Below, one piece after another: positions 29,767 through 38,697 of a stretch of DNA of 64,000 bases. The stretch's first letter is position 1. Each line of letters opens with the position of its first letter. Both the position numbers and the translations under genes were made by a program. The notes below the pieces were generated by a model. The model had not been told where the DNA came from. It ran no database searches and worked only from the letters and a program-made list of their open reading frames with translations. This DNA comes from Mycobacteriales bacterium (lineage in GTDB: Bacteria; Actinomycetota; Actinomycetes; Mycobacteriales; SCTD01): contig DATLGD010000223.1 of assembly GCA_035540755.1 (NCBI GenBank), forward strand, positions 152 through 64,151, given 5' to 3'.

Positions 29767-31677
29767 ATGGACGTCGCGCAGATGTCGATGATGCGCTCGT
29801 TCCGCCGCGACCCGACCGTGGCCGCGACCAAGCTCGCTCCCGGCACCGCGCGCCGCATCATCCGCTTCGCCGCGCCGTACCGTCGCGAGCTCACGGTGTT
29901 CGTCGGGCTGGTCGTGCTCGCCGCCCTGGCCGGGGTGCTCAACCCGCTCATCTTCAAGAAGATCATCGACGACGGCATCGGCACCGTCCCGGGCGAGGGA
30001 CGGCCCGGCCTGGTGATCGCGCTGGCGGGGCTGGTCGCCGGCCTGGCCGTTCTCGAGGCGGTGCTGTCGCTGTTCAACCGCTGGTACAGCGCGCGCATCG
30101 GCGAGGGCCTGATCTACGACATGCGCTCGCAGGTGTACGCCCACATCCAGCGCATGCCGCTGGCCTTCTTCACCCGCACGCAGACCGGCGCGCTCATCAG
30201 CCGCCTCAACAACGACGTCCTGGGTGCGCAGCAGGCCTTCACCGGCACGCTGTCCGGCGTCGTCAGCAACGTCATCGGCGTCGTGCTGACGCTCGTCGCG
30301 ATGCTCTACCTGTCCTGGCAGATCACCCTGCTGTCGCTGGTGCTGCTGCCGGTGTTCGTCGTGCCCGCCAAGCTCATCGGCGCGCGGCTGCAGGCGCTGA
30401 CCCGCGAGAGCTACGCCATCAACGCCGAGATGAACAACACGATGACCGAGCGCTTCAACGTGTCCGGTGCGCTGCTCGTCAAGCTCTTCGGCCGGCCCGA
30501 CGCCGAGGAGGCCGCCTTCCGCGAGCGGGCCGGCCGGGTGCGCGACATCGGCGTCACCACGGCCATGTACGGCCGGGTCTTCTTCGCCTCCCTCACCCTG
30601 GTCGCGGCGCTCGCGACGGCCATGGTCTACGGCGTCGGGGGCGTGCTGGCCGCGAACGGCGAGCTGGCCATCGGCACCGTCGTGGCGCTGGCCGCCTATC
30701 TCACCCGGCTGTACGGGCCGCTCACCGCGCTGTCGAACGTGCGCGTCGACGTCATGACGGCGCTGGTCTCGTTCGAGCGGGTCTTCGAGGTGCTCGACCT
30801 CGAGCCGATGGTCGCCGAGAAGGACGGCGCCGTGGAGCTCCCGCGCACCGCCACCTCGCTCGAGTTCGACGACGTGCACTTCCGCTACCCGACCGCCGAC
30901 GAGGTGTCGCTGGCCTCACTCGAGTCGGTCGCCGTGCTCGACACGACGCCGACCGTGCCGGTGCTGAAGGGCGTCTCCTTCCGTGCCGAGGCCGGACAGC
31001 TCGTGGCGCTGGTCGGCCCGTCCGGCGCCGGCAAGACGACCATCAGCCAGCTCGTCACGCGCATGTACGACGTGCAGCGGGGGGCGGTCCGGCTCGGCGG
31101 CGTCGACGTGCGCGACGCCAGCCTGCAGTCGCTGCGCGACGCCGTCGGCGTCGTCACCCAGGACGCGCACATGTTCCACGACACGATCCGCAGCAACCTG
31201 CTCTACGCCCGGCCCGACGCCGACGAGGCCGACCTCTGGGCGGCGCTCGACGCCGCCCACGTCGGTGGCCTGGTGCGCTCCCTGCAGGACGGGCTCGACA
31301 CCGTCGTGGGCGACCGCGGGTACCGGCTGTCCGGCGGCGAGAAGCAGCGCATGGCTCTCGCACGTCTGCTGCTCAAGGCACCGGGCGTCGTCGTCCTCGA
31401 CGAGGCGACGGCTCACCTCGACAGCGAGTCCGAAGCGGCCGTGCAGCGCGCGCTGTCGACGGCGCTGCAGGGACGCACGTCGCTGGTCATCGCGCACCGG
31501 CTGTCGACGGTGCGCGACGCCGACCAGATCCTCGTGGTGGACGACGGGCACATCGTCGAGAGCGGCCGGCACGACGAGCTGCTCGCCCGCCGCGGCCTCT
31601 ACACCGAGCTGTACCGCACCCAGTTCGCGCGGCAGGCCGACGAGGACCCCGACGAGGTGGCCGCCGCGGTGCCGTGA
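29767..31677 (+). CDS. ABC exporter, fused TMD-NBD half transporter (MsbA/MdlB-like)
   Basis: ORF 29767..31677. Six TM segments, then GPSGAGKTT, LSGGEKQRMALARLL, VVLDEATAHLD. Confidence 0.9.
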   Translation: MDVAQMSMMRSFRRDPTVAATKLAPGTARRIIRFAAPYRRELTVFVGLVVLAALAGVLNPLIFKKIIDDGIGTVPGEGRPGLVIALAGLVAGLAVLEAVLSLFNRWYSARIGEGLIYDMRSQVYAHIQRMPLAFFTRTQTGALISRLNNDVLGAQQAFTGTLSGVVSNVIGVVLTLVAMLYLSWQITLLSLVLLPVFVVPAKLIGARLQALTRESYAINAEMNNTMTERFNVSGALLVKLFGRPDAEEAAFRERAGRVRDIGVTTAMYGRVFFASLTLVAALATAMVYGVGGVLAANGELAIGTVVALAAYLTRLYGPLTALSNVRVDVMTALVSFERVFEVLDLEPMVAEKDGAVELPRTATSLEFDDVHFRYPTADEVSLASLESVAVLDTTPTVPVLKGVSFRAEAGQLVALVGPSGAGKTTISQLVTRMYDVQRGAVRLGGVDVRDASLQSLRDAVGVVTQDAHMFHDTIRSNLLYARPDADEADLWAALDAAHVGGLVRSLQDGLDTVVGDRGYRLSGGEKQRMALARLLLKAPGVVVLDEATAHLDSESEAAVQRALSTALQGRTSLVIAHRLSTVRDADQILVVDDGHIVESGRHDELLARRGLYTELYRTQFARQADEDPDEVAAAVP

Positions 31678-31686
31678 CCGCAGGGC

Positions 31687-31881
31687 TCAGCCGGCGCCGC
31701 CGGCGTTCTCCCCGTGCGTGCCGCCCAGCGTGCTGTCGTCGGTGAACTGGTCGGGGTCGCTGGTGGCCGGGACGTCGCCGCCCGCGCCGTCCTCGACGTC
31801 CAGGCCGGCGGCGCCGACGTCGGTGCCCTCTCCCAGGTCGTGCGCGGTTCCCTCGGAGGCGTCGCCCTGCGGTGTGCTCAT
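31687..31881 (-). CDS. small acidic Gly/Asp-rich protein (64 aa), hypothetical
   Basis: ATG 31881 with GGAG 7 nt upstream. Translates to MSTPQGDASEGTAHDLGEGTDVGAAGLDVEDGAGGDVPATSDPDQFTDDSTLGGTHGENAGGAG. G/C at almost every third codon position. No homologue recognised. Confidence 0.4.
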   Translation of the reverse strand: MSTPQGDASEGTAHDLGEGTDVGAAGLDVEDGAGGDVPATSDPDQFTDDSTLGGTHGENAGGAG

Positions 31882-31912
31882 GCCGGTGCTCCTACCCCGT
31901 GCACGCCGTCCG

Positions 31913-32989
31913 TCACGGCACGACGAGCGTGCGGGCGCCCTGCCCCCGCTCCATGGCCTCGAAGGCCCCGGCGATGCCGTCGAGCCCGACCGTCTCGCCG
32001 ACCAGCGCGCCGAGGTCCAGCCGCCCGGCCGCCGCGTGCTCGAGCACCGTCGGGATGTCGATGGAGGGGTCGGTCGACCCGTAGACCGACGCCTGCAGGA
32101 CCCGGGCGAAGTGGAACAGCTCGAGCGCACTGAAGGTGACCTGCTGCTCCTTGCTGCCGATGCCGAGGACGGTCGTCACGCCCCCGCGCCGGGTCGACGA
32201 CCAGCAGGCGCGGATGGTGTCCGCGAGGCCCACGCAGTCGAAGGCGTGGTCGACGCCGCGCCGCTCGGTGAGGGCGCGGACCTGCTTGGGCAGCTCGCCG
32301 CCTGCCTCGAGGGCGTCGGTGGCGCCCATGCTCCGGGCGAGCTCGAGCTTGTCGGGGGACCGGTCGGCCACCAGGATCTGACCGGCGCCGGCCAGCCGGG
32401 CGCCCTGCACCACCGACAGCCCCACCCCGCCGAGCCCGACGACGAGCACGGACTGGCCGGCCCGCACCCGCGCGGTCTTGAGCACCGCGCCGACGCCGGT
32501 CATGACCGCGCAGCCCACCAGCGCGGCGTGCTCCAGCGGCACGGCGTCCGGAACCGGCAGCACCGCCCGCTCGGACACGACGGTCTCCTCGGCGAACCCG
32601 CCGGTCGACAGCCCCGGGTGCACCGGCTCGCCGTCGACGGTCGCATACGGCTTCGCCGCGGCGTCCGAGGAGTGGGCGCACAGCCACGGCTCGCCCTCGG
32701 CGCAGAACCAGCACGCGCCGCACGGCGGCGCCCAGCACAGCACCACCCGGTCCCCTGGACGGATGCGGGTCACACCGTCGCCGACCGAGACGACGGTGCC
32801 GGCGCTCTCGTGGCCGAGGACCACCGGCATCGCCTGCCGCAGCGTGCCCTTGGCCAGCGACAGGTCGCTGTGGCAGACGCCGGTAGCCGCGATGCGCACC
32901 CGCACCTGTCCCGGTCCCGGTTCCGGCAGGTCGAGCTCCGCGAGGCGCAGGGCCTCGCCCGGGGCGGACAGGACGGCGGCGCGGACCAC
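31913..32989 (-). CDS. zinc-dependent alcohol dehydrogenase (MDR family)
   Basis: From GTG 32989 (GAGGAG upstream) in ORF 31913..33190. GVCHSDL, GHESAG, structural-Zn Cys cluster CGACWFCAEGEPWLC, NAD fold VVGLGGVG. Confidence 0.85.
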   Translation of the reverse strand: MVRAAVLSAPGEALRLAELDLPEPGPGQVRVRIAATGVCHSDLSLAKGTLRQAMPVVLGHESAGTVVSVGDGVTRIRPGDRVVLCWAPPCGACWFCAEGEPWLCAHSSDAAAKPYATVDGEPVHPGLSTGGFAEETVVSERAVLPVPDAVPLEHAALVGCAVMTGVGAVLKTARVRAGQSVLVVGLGGVGLSVVQGARLAGAGQILVADRSPDKLELARSMGATDALEAGGELPKQVRALTERRGVDHAFDCVGLADTIRACWSSTRRGGVTTVLGIGSKEQQVTFSALELFHFARVLQASVYGSTDPSIDIPTVLEHAAAGRLDLGALVGETVGLDGIAGAFEAMERGQGARTLVVP

Positions 32990-33174
32990 GGAACTCCTCG
33001 GCAGGGCTGGACGCTGGCTGGGACCGGTCGCGACCCTAACCGCGGCGCCGGGGCGCCCTCCGCGCGGGCGGGGTGTCCAGCGGTGGACGCGTCGCGCACC
33101 CCGCGGGTAGATTCGCCTTCCGGTTGAGCCAGCAGCCGCCGTTCCGCGTCCCGGACTCCAAGGACAGGCTGACG

Positions 33175-33810
33175 ATGACGACCTCGCCACGTCGTGGACC
33201 CCTGCCCGGTCTGCGCACCGAAGCAGAGCTGGCCCGCATGCAGCTCGACGCCCTGGACCGCTGGAACCGCGCCCGCCGGACGGCCGAGGACGCCTCCCGC
33301 CCGGGCCGCCCCTCCCGCGAGATGCGGATGGACCTCTCCCGGCGCCTCGAGGTGCTGCGCGCGCAGCACGAGGCGATCGTGGCCCGTGCGGACCGACACC
33401 TCGAGGACAGCGTCCACCTGCTGGGCCGCAGGGCCCCCTGCCGCGCGGTCCTGGTGCACCGCAACGAGTGGTTCACCGGCAAGGTCGCCGACGCGCTGTC
33501 GGCAAGGGGGGTGCAGGTGGTCGCCGCGCTCGACAACGGCGCGGAGGCGGTCGGCGTCGTCGTGGCCGAGCAGCCGGACCTGCTGCTGGTCGAGGAGACC
33601 CTGCCGATGCTGCCCGGCGAGGAGGTGGTGCGCGAGGCGCGCCGGTACGCGCCGACCACGCTCATCGGTGCGCAGGTCGACTACCAGGACCGCATCCCGG
33701 CGCTGCTCGACGCCGGCGCGCTCACGGCGTTCACCCGGCGGGTGCCCCCGGCCGACGTCGCGCAGGGCCTGCTCGAGCTGCTCGGGACCCGGGCCGCGGC
33801 GCCGGCCTGA
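33175..33810 (+). CDS. receiver-like (pseudo-receiver) domain protein with an N-terminal helical region
   Basis: From ATG 33175 in ORF 33073..33810. The C-terminal ~120 aa follow the CheY-like beta-alpha pattern (AVLVHRNEW...PDLLLVEETLPMLPG...TTLIGAQ...AFTRR). The acidic pocket and the phospho-acceptor Asp are substituted. Confidence 0.6.
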   Translation: MTTSPRRGPLPGLRTEAELARMQLDALDRWNRARRTAEDASRPGRPSREMRMDLSRRLEVLRAQHEAIVARADRHLEDSVHLLGRRAPCRAVLVHRNEWFTGKVADALSARGVQVVAALDNGAEAVGVVVAEQPDLLLVEETLPMLPGEEVVREARRYAPTTLIGAQVDYQDRIPALLDAGALTAFTRRVPPADVAQGLLELLGTRAAAPA

Positions 33811-33901
33811 CATCCGGCTCGGCCCACGGGCGCCGGTCCGGGGAGTGCGGGGCGGCACGACCGGGCAGGAGCGATGCCACCGGCTGACCCGAGGAGCGAG
33901 C

Positions 33902-34045
33902 ATGACCCAGCCCGACCCGTCCGACGGCTTCGACGCGCGGGAAGGCAGCGGAGACCCCGCGACCGACCCCGCCGCACTCGGCGAGCAGCAGCACGCGGAG
34001 CCCGACGGCGACGGCGGCGCGCCACAGGACCCGGCCGAGGGCTGA
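33902..34045 (+). CDS. small acidic protein (47 aa), hypothetical
   Basis: ATG 33902 preceded by GAGGAG. Translates to MTQPDPSDGFDAREGSGDPATDPAALGEQQHAEPDGDGGAPQDPAEG. High GC3. Confidence 0.35.
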   Translation: MTQPDPSDGFDAREGSGDPATDPAALGEQQHAEPDGDGGAPQDPAEG

Positions 34046-34074
34046 GCTCTCGACGGCGACGCGAGGAGACCGCG

Positions 34075-35616
34075 GTGAAGGTGCCGTTCACGACCGCCGA
34101 CTTCCTCGACCGCGCGCGGCAGGTCTACCCGCAGCGCAGCGGCGTCGTCGACGAGCCGGGGAAGCACCAGGACGGCGGGCTCGGCACGCTCAGCTACGCG
34201 CAGCTGGCCGCGCGCGCCGCCGGCATCGCCGCCGGGCTCGACGTCCTCGGCCTCGCTCGCGGCGACCGGGTGGCCGTCGTCAGCCACAACAGCGCGCGGC
34301 TGCTCGAGCTGTTCTTCGGCGTCACCGCCTGGGGGCGGGTGCTCGTGCCGGTGAACTTCCGGCTCTCGCGCGACGAGGTCGCCTACATCGTCGAGCACAG
34401 CGGCGCGCGGGTGCTGCTCGTCGACCCCGAGCTCGACGACGCGCTGGCCGACGTCCCGGCCGAGCACCGGCTCGTGCTCGGCACGGGCTCCGACGCGGCG
34501 CTCGTGCGGACGGGCTCCGCGCCGGCGCCCTGGGAGGAGCCGGACGAGGACGCCACGGCGACGATCAACTACACCAGCGGAACCACCGCCCGGCCGAAGG
34601 GCGTGCAGATCACCCACCGCAACCTCTGGGTGAACGGCGTGACCTTCGCTCTGCACGTCGGCGCGAGCGACCGCGACGTCTACCTGCACACGCTGCCGAT
34701 GTTCCACGCCAACGGCTGGGGGATGCCGTTCGGGCTGACCGGCCTCGGCGTCCCGCAGGTCGTCCAGCGCAAGATCGACGGCATCGAGATCCTGCGCCGG
34801 GTCGAGCGGTACGGCGTCACCCTGATGTGCGCGGCGCCGGCCGTCGTCACCTCCGTGCTCGAGGCCGCCCAGGCCTGGGACCGGCCGGTGCCCGGTCGCG
34901 GCCGCACCCGCATCGTCGTGGCCGGGGCGCCGCCGCCCAGCCGGACGATCCAGCGGGTCGAGGAGGAGCTGGGCTGGGAGTTCCTGCAGATCTACGGACT
35001 CACCGAGACCTCCCCGCTGCTCACGGTGAACCGGCGCCGCGCGGAGGAGGACGAGCTGCCGGTCGAGGAGCGGGCCCGGCGGCTCGGCCGGGCAGGGGCC
35101 CCCGCGCTCGGGACCCGGATCCGCATCTCGGAGTCCGGCGAGGTCCTCGCCCGCGGCAACACCGTGCTCGAGGGCTACTGGCAGCAGCCCGAGGCCACGG
35201 CCGACGCGCTCGAGGGCGGCTGGTTCCGCACCGGCGACGGCGGCACGCTCGACGACGAGGGCTACCTGAGCATCCGCGACCGCAAGAAGGACGTGATCAT
35301 CAGCGGCGGCGAGAACGTCTCGTCGATCGAGGTGGAGGACTGCCTGTTCTCCCACCCGGCCGTCGCCGAGGTGGCGGTGATCGGGGTCCCGAGCCAGAAG
35401 TGGGGCGAGACGATCAAGGCGCTGGTCGTCCTGGCCGACGGCGCCTCGGCCGACGAGCAGGAGCTCATCGCGCACTGCAAGGCGCGGCTGGCCGGCTACA
35501 AGGCGCCGACGTCGGTGGAGCTCCGGGAGGCGATCCCGCGCACGGCGACCGGCAAGGTGCAGAAGTTCAAGCTGCGCGAGCAGTACTGGCAGGGGCACGA
35601 CCGCCAGGTGAACTAG
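34075..35616 (+). CDS. acyl-CoA synthetase / AMP-dependent ligase
   Basis: From GTG 34075 (GAGGAG upstream) in ORF 33874..35616. AMP-binding motifs YTSGTTARPKGV, YGLTE, TGD, DRKKDVIISGGENV and the C-terminal GK. Confidence 0.9.
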   Translation: MKVPFTTADFLDRARQVYPQRSGVVDEPGKHQDGGLGTLSYAQLAARAAGIAAGLDVLGLARGDRVAVVSHNSARLLELFFGVTAWGRVLVPVNFRLSRDEVAYIVEHSGARVLLVDPELDDALADVPAEHRLVLGTGSDAALVRTGSAPAPWEEPDEDATATINYTSGTTARPKGVQITHRNLWVNGVTFALHVGASDRDVYLHTLPMFHANGWGMPFGLTGLGVPQVVQRKIDGIEILRRVERYGVTLMCAAPAVVTSVLEAAQAWDRPVPGRGRTRIVVAGAPPPSRTIQRVEEELGWEFLQIYGLTETSPLLTVNRRRAEEDELPVEERARRLGRAGAPALGTRIRISESGEVLARGNTVLEGYWQQPEATADALEGGWFRTGDGGTLDDEGYLSIRDRKKDVIISGGENVSSIEVEDCLFSHPAVAEVAVIGVPSQKWGETIKALVVLADGASADEQELIAHCKARLAGYKAPTSVELREAIPRTATGKVQKFKLREQYWQGHDRQVN

Positions 35617-35655
35617 CGGCGCGTGAGGCGCCGCCGCACGGGGCAGGTGGCCGGC

Positions 35656-35967
35656 ATGACCTCACCGGAGCCGAAGGACAGCACGACCACCACCGAGGGG
35701 GCGGCCCCCGCGAGCGCAGCGGACGCCGCCGCCGGCGTCCGCGGCGGCAGCCCCGACCGCATGGACGCCGCGCCCGGCTCGGGCGGCCTGGCCGGCGCCG
35801 GGGCCGACGGCGAGACCGGCGCACGCGAGCAGCTGCGCAAGGACCTCGACGAGCGGCCCTCGGATGCCGGCACCGAGGAGGGCGGGGACCTCGAGCAGGC
35901 CGCGGCGATCGGCGAGACCGACGACCCGCAGGGCGGCAGCCTGCAGCCGGGCGGCGCCGGCGCCTGA
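35656..35967 (+). CDS. small acidic low-complexity protein (103 aa), hypothetical
   Basis: ATG 35656 in ORF 35623..35967. MTSPEPKDSTTTTEGAAP...EQLRKDLDERPSDAGTEEGGDLEQAAAIGETDDPQGG. Confidence 0.4.
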   Translation: MTSPEPKDSTTTTEGAAPASAADAAAGVRGGSPDRMDAAPGSGGLAGAGADGETGAREQLRKDLDERPSDAGTEEGGDLEQAAAIGETDDPQGGSLQPGGAGA

Positions 35968-36040
35968 CCCCGGCAGGCGGCCGCGCGCCACGCCGGGCCG
36001 GCTGCGGGCCGCACGGCGCGCGGCGTGCCATCGTCGGCGC

Positions 36041-36757
36041 GTGCGGGTCGCGACGGTGGAGGGACTCACCCCCGACGGGATGACGCTCGTCCTGCGGCTG
36101 CCGGGCGACGGGGACGGCGCGGACGGTGAGCGCATCGAGGTGCCGGTGGCCGACGTCCGCCGGGCCCAGCGGGCCGCGCCCACCCTCCCGCTCGGCGGCG
36201 GGCCCAGCCCGCGCGAGGTCCAGCAGCGCATCCGCAGGGGTGAGACGGCCGAGGACATCGCCCGGGGCTGCGGACTGCCGGTGGCCGACATCGCCCGCTA
36301 CGAGGGGCCGGTGCTCGGCGAGCGCGCCCACCAGGCCGCGCTCGCCCGGGCCGTCGAGGTCGACGGTCGCCGGGTCGAGGACCTCGTCGTCGAGCACCTG
36401 GCCCGCACCGCCGGGACCGACACGCCGGTGGTCTGGGACAGCCGGCAGACCGACCCGCACCGCTGGGAGGTGCACGCCACCGCCGGCCAGGCCTCGGTGC
36501 TGCTCGCCTTCGACCCCCGCGCCGTCCGCGTCGACCCGGTCGACCAGGCGGCCCGGCAGGCGTTCGGGCTCGCCCCGCCACCTCCGGACGCGCTCGAGGA
36601 CGTGCTGCGCCCGGTGCGCCGCGCTCCGCGCCCGCCCGCCGAGCGGGCCGCGGCTGCGTCATCGCCCCGACGCGGGCGGGCGCAGGTGCCGCTGTGGGAC
36701 GAGATCGGCGCCGAGGTCTCCGGGAGGCCTTCGGCCGCCGACGACGGAGCGGGCTGA
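36041..36757 (+). CDS. sepH: DUF3071 / SepH-like cell-division protein
   Basis: From GTG 36041 in ORF 35864..36757. SPREVQQRIRRGETAEDIARGCGLPVADIARYEGPVLGERA closely parallels the DUF3071 HTH core of Streptomyces SepH as I remember it. Confidence 0.7.
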   Translation: MRVATVEGLTPDGMTLVLRLPGDGDGADGERIEVPVADVRRAQRAAPTLPLGGGPSPREVQQRIRRGETAEDIARGCGLPVADIARYEGPVLGERAHQAALARAVEVDGRRVEDLVVEHLARTAGTDTPVVWDSRQTDPHRWEVHATAGQASVLLAFDPRAVRVDPVDQAARQAFGLAPPPPDALEDVLRPVRRAPRPPAERAAAASSPRRGRAQVPLWDEIGAEVSGRPSAADDGAG

Positions 36758-36778
36758 CCGTCGACCTACGATCCACCC

Positions 36779-37510
36779 ATGTCCCTCGGTGCCCGCCTCT
36801 CCGCGATCTTCGGCCGCCGACGCGGCGACGACGACCCGATCGCCGAGCTGGACGCCTCCTACGCCCAGCAGTCGGCCCTGCTGCAGCAGAGCCGGCGCGG
36901 CGTCGCCGACGTCGTCACGGCCCGCAAGCGCGTCGAGCTGCAGGTGCGCTCGCTCGAGCAGAAGGCCGCCCGGCTCGAGTCCGAGGCGCGCGAGGCGCTG
37001 CACGCCGATCGGGAGGACGCCGCCCGCGAGCTGCTGGTGCGCCGCGCCGGGCTGCTGCAGCAGGCAGGGGCGCTGCAGCCCGACCTCGACCGCCTGCAGG
37101 ACCAGGAGGGCCGGCTGCAGGAGTCGGTGCAGCGGCTGGAGGTCAAGGTCGAGGCCTTCCGCACCCAGAAGGAGACCGTGAAGGCGGGCTACAGCGCCGC
37201 CGAGGCGCACAGCAGGATCGGGGCGGCCTACGCCGGCATCTCCGAGGAGAGCGCCGACGTCGGGCTCGCGCTCGAGCGCGCCCGGGCGCGCACCGAGCAG
37301 ATGCAGGCCCGCGCCGACGCCGCCGACTCGCTCGCCGCCGCCGACAGCGGCGCGCTGCCCTGGGAGTCGGCCGGCGAGAGCGCCGAGCGCCGGCTGGCCG
37401 CCCTGCAGGCCGGCGACGGGGTGGAGGCCGAGCTGGCCAGGCTGCGCGGCGCGGGTGGCCGACTGCGCGGACCCGGCGCGGCGGGCCCCGACGCGGAGGC
37501 GGCCCGGTGA
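36779..37510 (+). CDS. pspA: PspA/IM30 family protein
   Basis: ORF 36779..37510. Long heptad-rich coiled coil (AELDASYAQQSALLQQSRRGVADVVTARKRVELQVRSLEQKAARLESEAREAL). Confidence 0.85.
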   Translation: MSLGARLSAIFGRRRGDDDPIAELDASYAQQSALLQQSRRGVADVVTARKRVELQVRSLEQKAARLESEAREALHADREDAARELLVRRAGLLQQAGALQPDLDRLQDQEGRLQESVQRLEVKVEAFRTQKETVKAGYSAAEAHSRIGAAYAGISEESADVGLALERARARTEQMQARADAADSLAAADSGALPWESAGESAERRLAALQAGDGVEAELARLRGAGGRLRGPGAAGPDAEAAR

Positions 37511-37797
37511 TCGTGCGCATCCTCACCGAGGGCCAGGTCGACCTGCCGGACGCCCTGCTCGACGAGCTCAACGTCCTCGACGCCGCGGCCGAGCAGGCCG
37601 TCGACGCCGGCGACGAGGCCGCGTTCTCCGCCGCCCTGGGACGACTGCTCGACCGGGTCCGCACCGGAGGCCGGCGACTGGCCGACGACGTCCTGGTGCC
37701 GTCCGACCTCGTGCTGCCCCCGCCGGACGCCACCATCGACGACGTGCGGCACCTGTTCGACACCGCCTCCGGCGCCGACGGGCTGGTGCCCGGATGA
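37507..37797 (+). CDS. PspA-associated small acidic protein (probable PspAA family)
   Basis: GTG 37507 overlaps the pspA stop (GTGA). VIVRILTEGQVDLPDALLDELNVLDAAAEQAVDAGDEAAF...LVPSDLVLPPPDATIDDVRHLF...GLVPG matches my recollection of PspAA proteins. Confidence 0.6.
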   Translation: MIVRILTEGQVDLPDALLDELNVLDAAAEQAVDAGDEAAFSAALGRLLDRVRTGGRRLADDVLVPSDLVLPPPDATIDDVRHLFDTASGADGLVPG

Positions 37798-38690
37798 GCC
37801 GGCGCGGGCGGTTCGCCCCGGACCGGCAGCTGAGCACCCGCATGGTGCTCGTCGTCTTCGCCCTCGGCCTGCTCTACGTGGTCGCGATCGCCGGGCTCAT
37901 CGCCTACGGGCTCAACCCGCTGCTCGTGCTGCTGGTCGCCGGCGGCTTCTTCGCCTTCCAGTACTTCGGCAGCGAGTCCATGGCGCTGCGCGCGCTCGGC
38001 GCACGCGAGGTGTCACCGCAGGAGGAGCCGGCGCTGCACGGCGTCGTCGACCGGCTGTGCGCGCTGTCCGACACCCCGAAGCCGAGGGTGGCGGTGGCCC
38101 ACAGCGACGTGCCGAACGCCTTCGCCACCGGCCGAAGCCCCGACCGCGCCGTCGTCTGCGTCACGACCGGGCTGATGCGGCGGCTCGAGCCGGACGAGCT
38201 CGAGGGCGTGCTCGCTCACGAGATGTCGCACGTCGCGCACCGCGACGTGGCGGTGATGACCGTGGCGTCGTTCCTCGGCGTGCTGGCCGGGCTCGTCGCG
38301 CGGTTCTCGATGCGGGCGATGTTCTACACCCGGGGTCGGCGCGACTCCCGCACCATCCCGATGTTCCTCGCGGTCGTGGTGGTGTCGGCGGTCGTCTACG
38401 GCATCAGCTTCCTGCTCATCCGGGCGCTGTCGCGCTACCGCGAGCTGTCGGCCGACCGCACGGCCGCGCTGCTCACCGGGCGGCCGTCGTCGCTGGCCTC
38501 GGCGCTCACCAAGGTGAGCGGCGAGATGGCCCGGGTGCCGACCGAGGACCTGCGGGAGGCCGAGCCGTTCAACGCCTTCTTCTTCGCCCCCGCGCTCGCC
38601 GCCGGGTTCAGCTTCTCCTCGCTGTTCGCCACGCACCCGCCGCTGGAGCGGCGGCTGGCCCAGCTGTCGCGCATGTCCGGCCAGCTGTGA
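37794..38690 (+). CDS. htpX: M48-family zinc metalloprotease HtpX
   Basis: ATG 37794 (ATGA overlap). Two N-terminal TMs, HEMSH zinc motif (GVLAHEMSHVAHRD), two further TMs, ELSADR. Confidence 0.9.
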   Translation: MSRRGRFAPDRQLSTRMVLVVFALGLLYVVAIAGLIAYGLNPLLVLLVAGGFFAFQYFGSESMALRALGAREVSPQEEPALHGVVDRLCALSDTPKPRVAVAHSDVPNAFATGRSPDRAVVCVTTGLMRRLEPDELEGVLAHEMSHVAHRDVAVMTVASFLGVLAGLVARFSMRAMFYTRGRRDSRTIPMFLAVVVVSAVVYGISFLLIRALSRYRELSADRTAALLTGRPSSLASALTKVSGEMARVPTEDLREAEPFNAFFFAPALAAGFSFSSLFATHPPLERRLAQLSRMSGQL

Positions 38691-38697
38691 GGGACTG

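Noticed and set aside
32770-35598. 942-aa minus-strand ORF
   Set aside because: It is antisense to the pseudo-receiver and acyl-CoA synthetase genes. It has no motifs and an Arg/Gly-rich composition.
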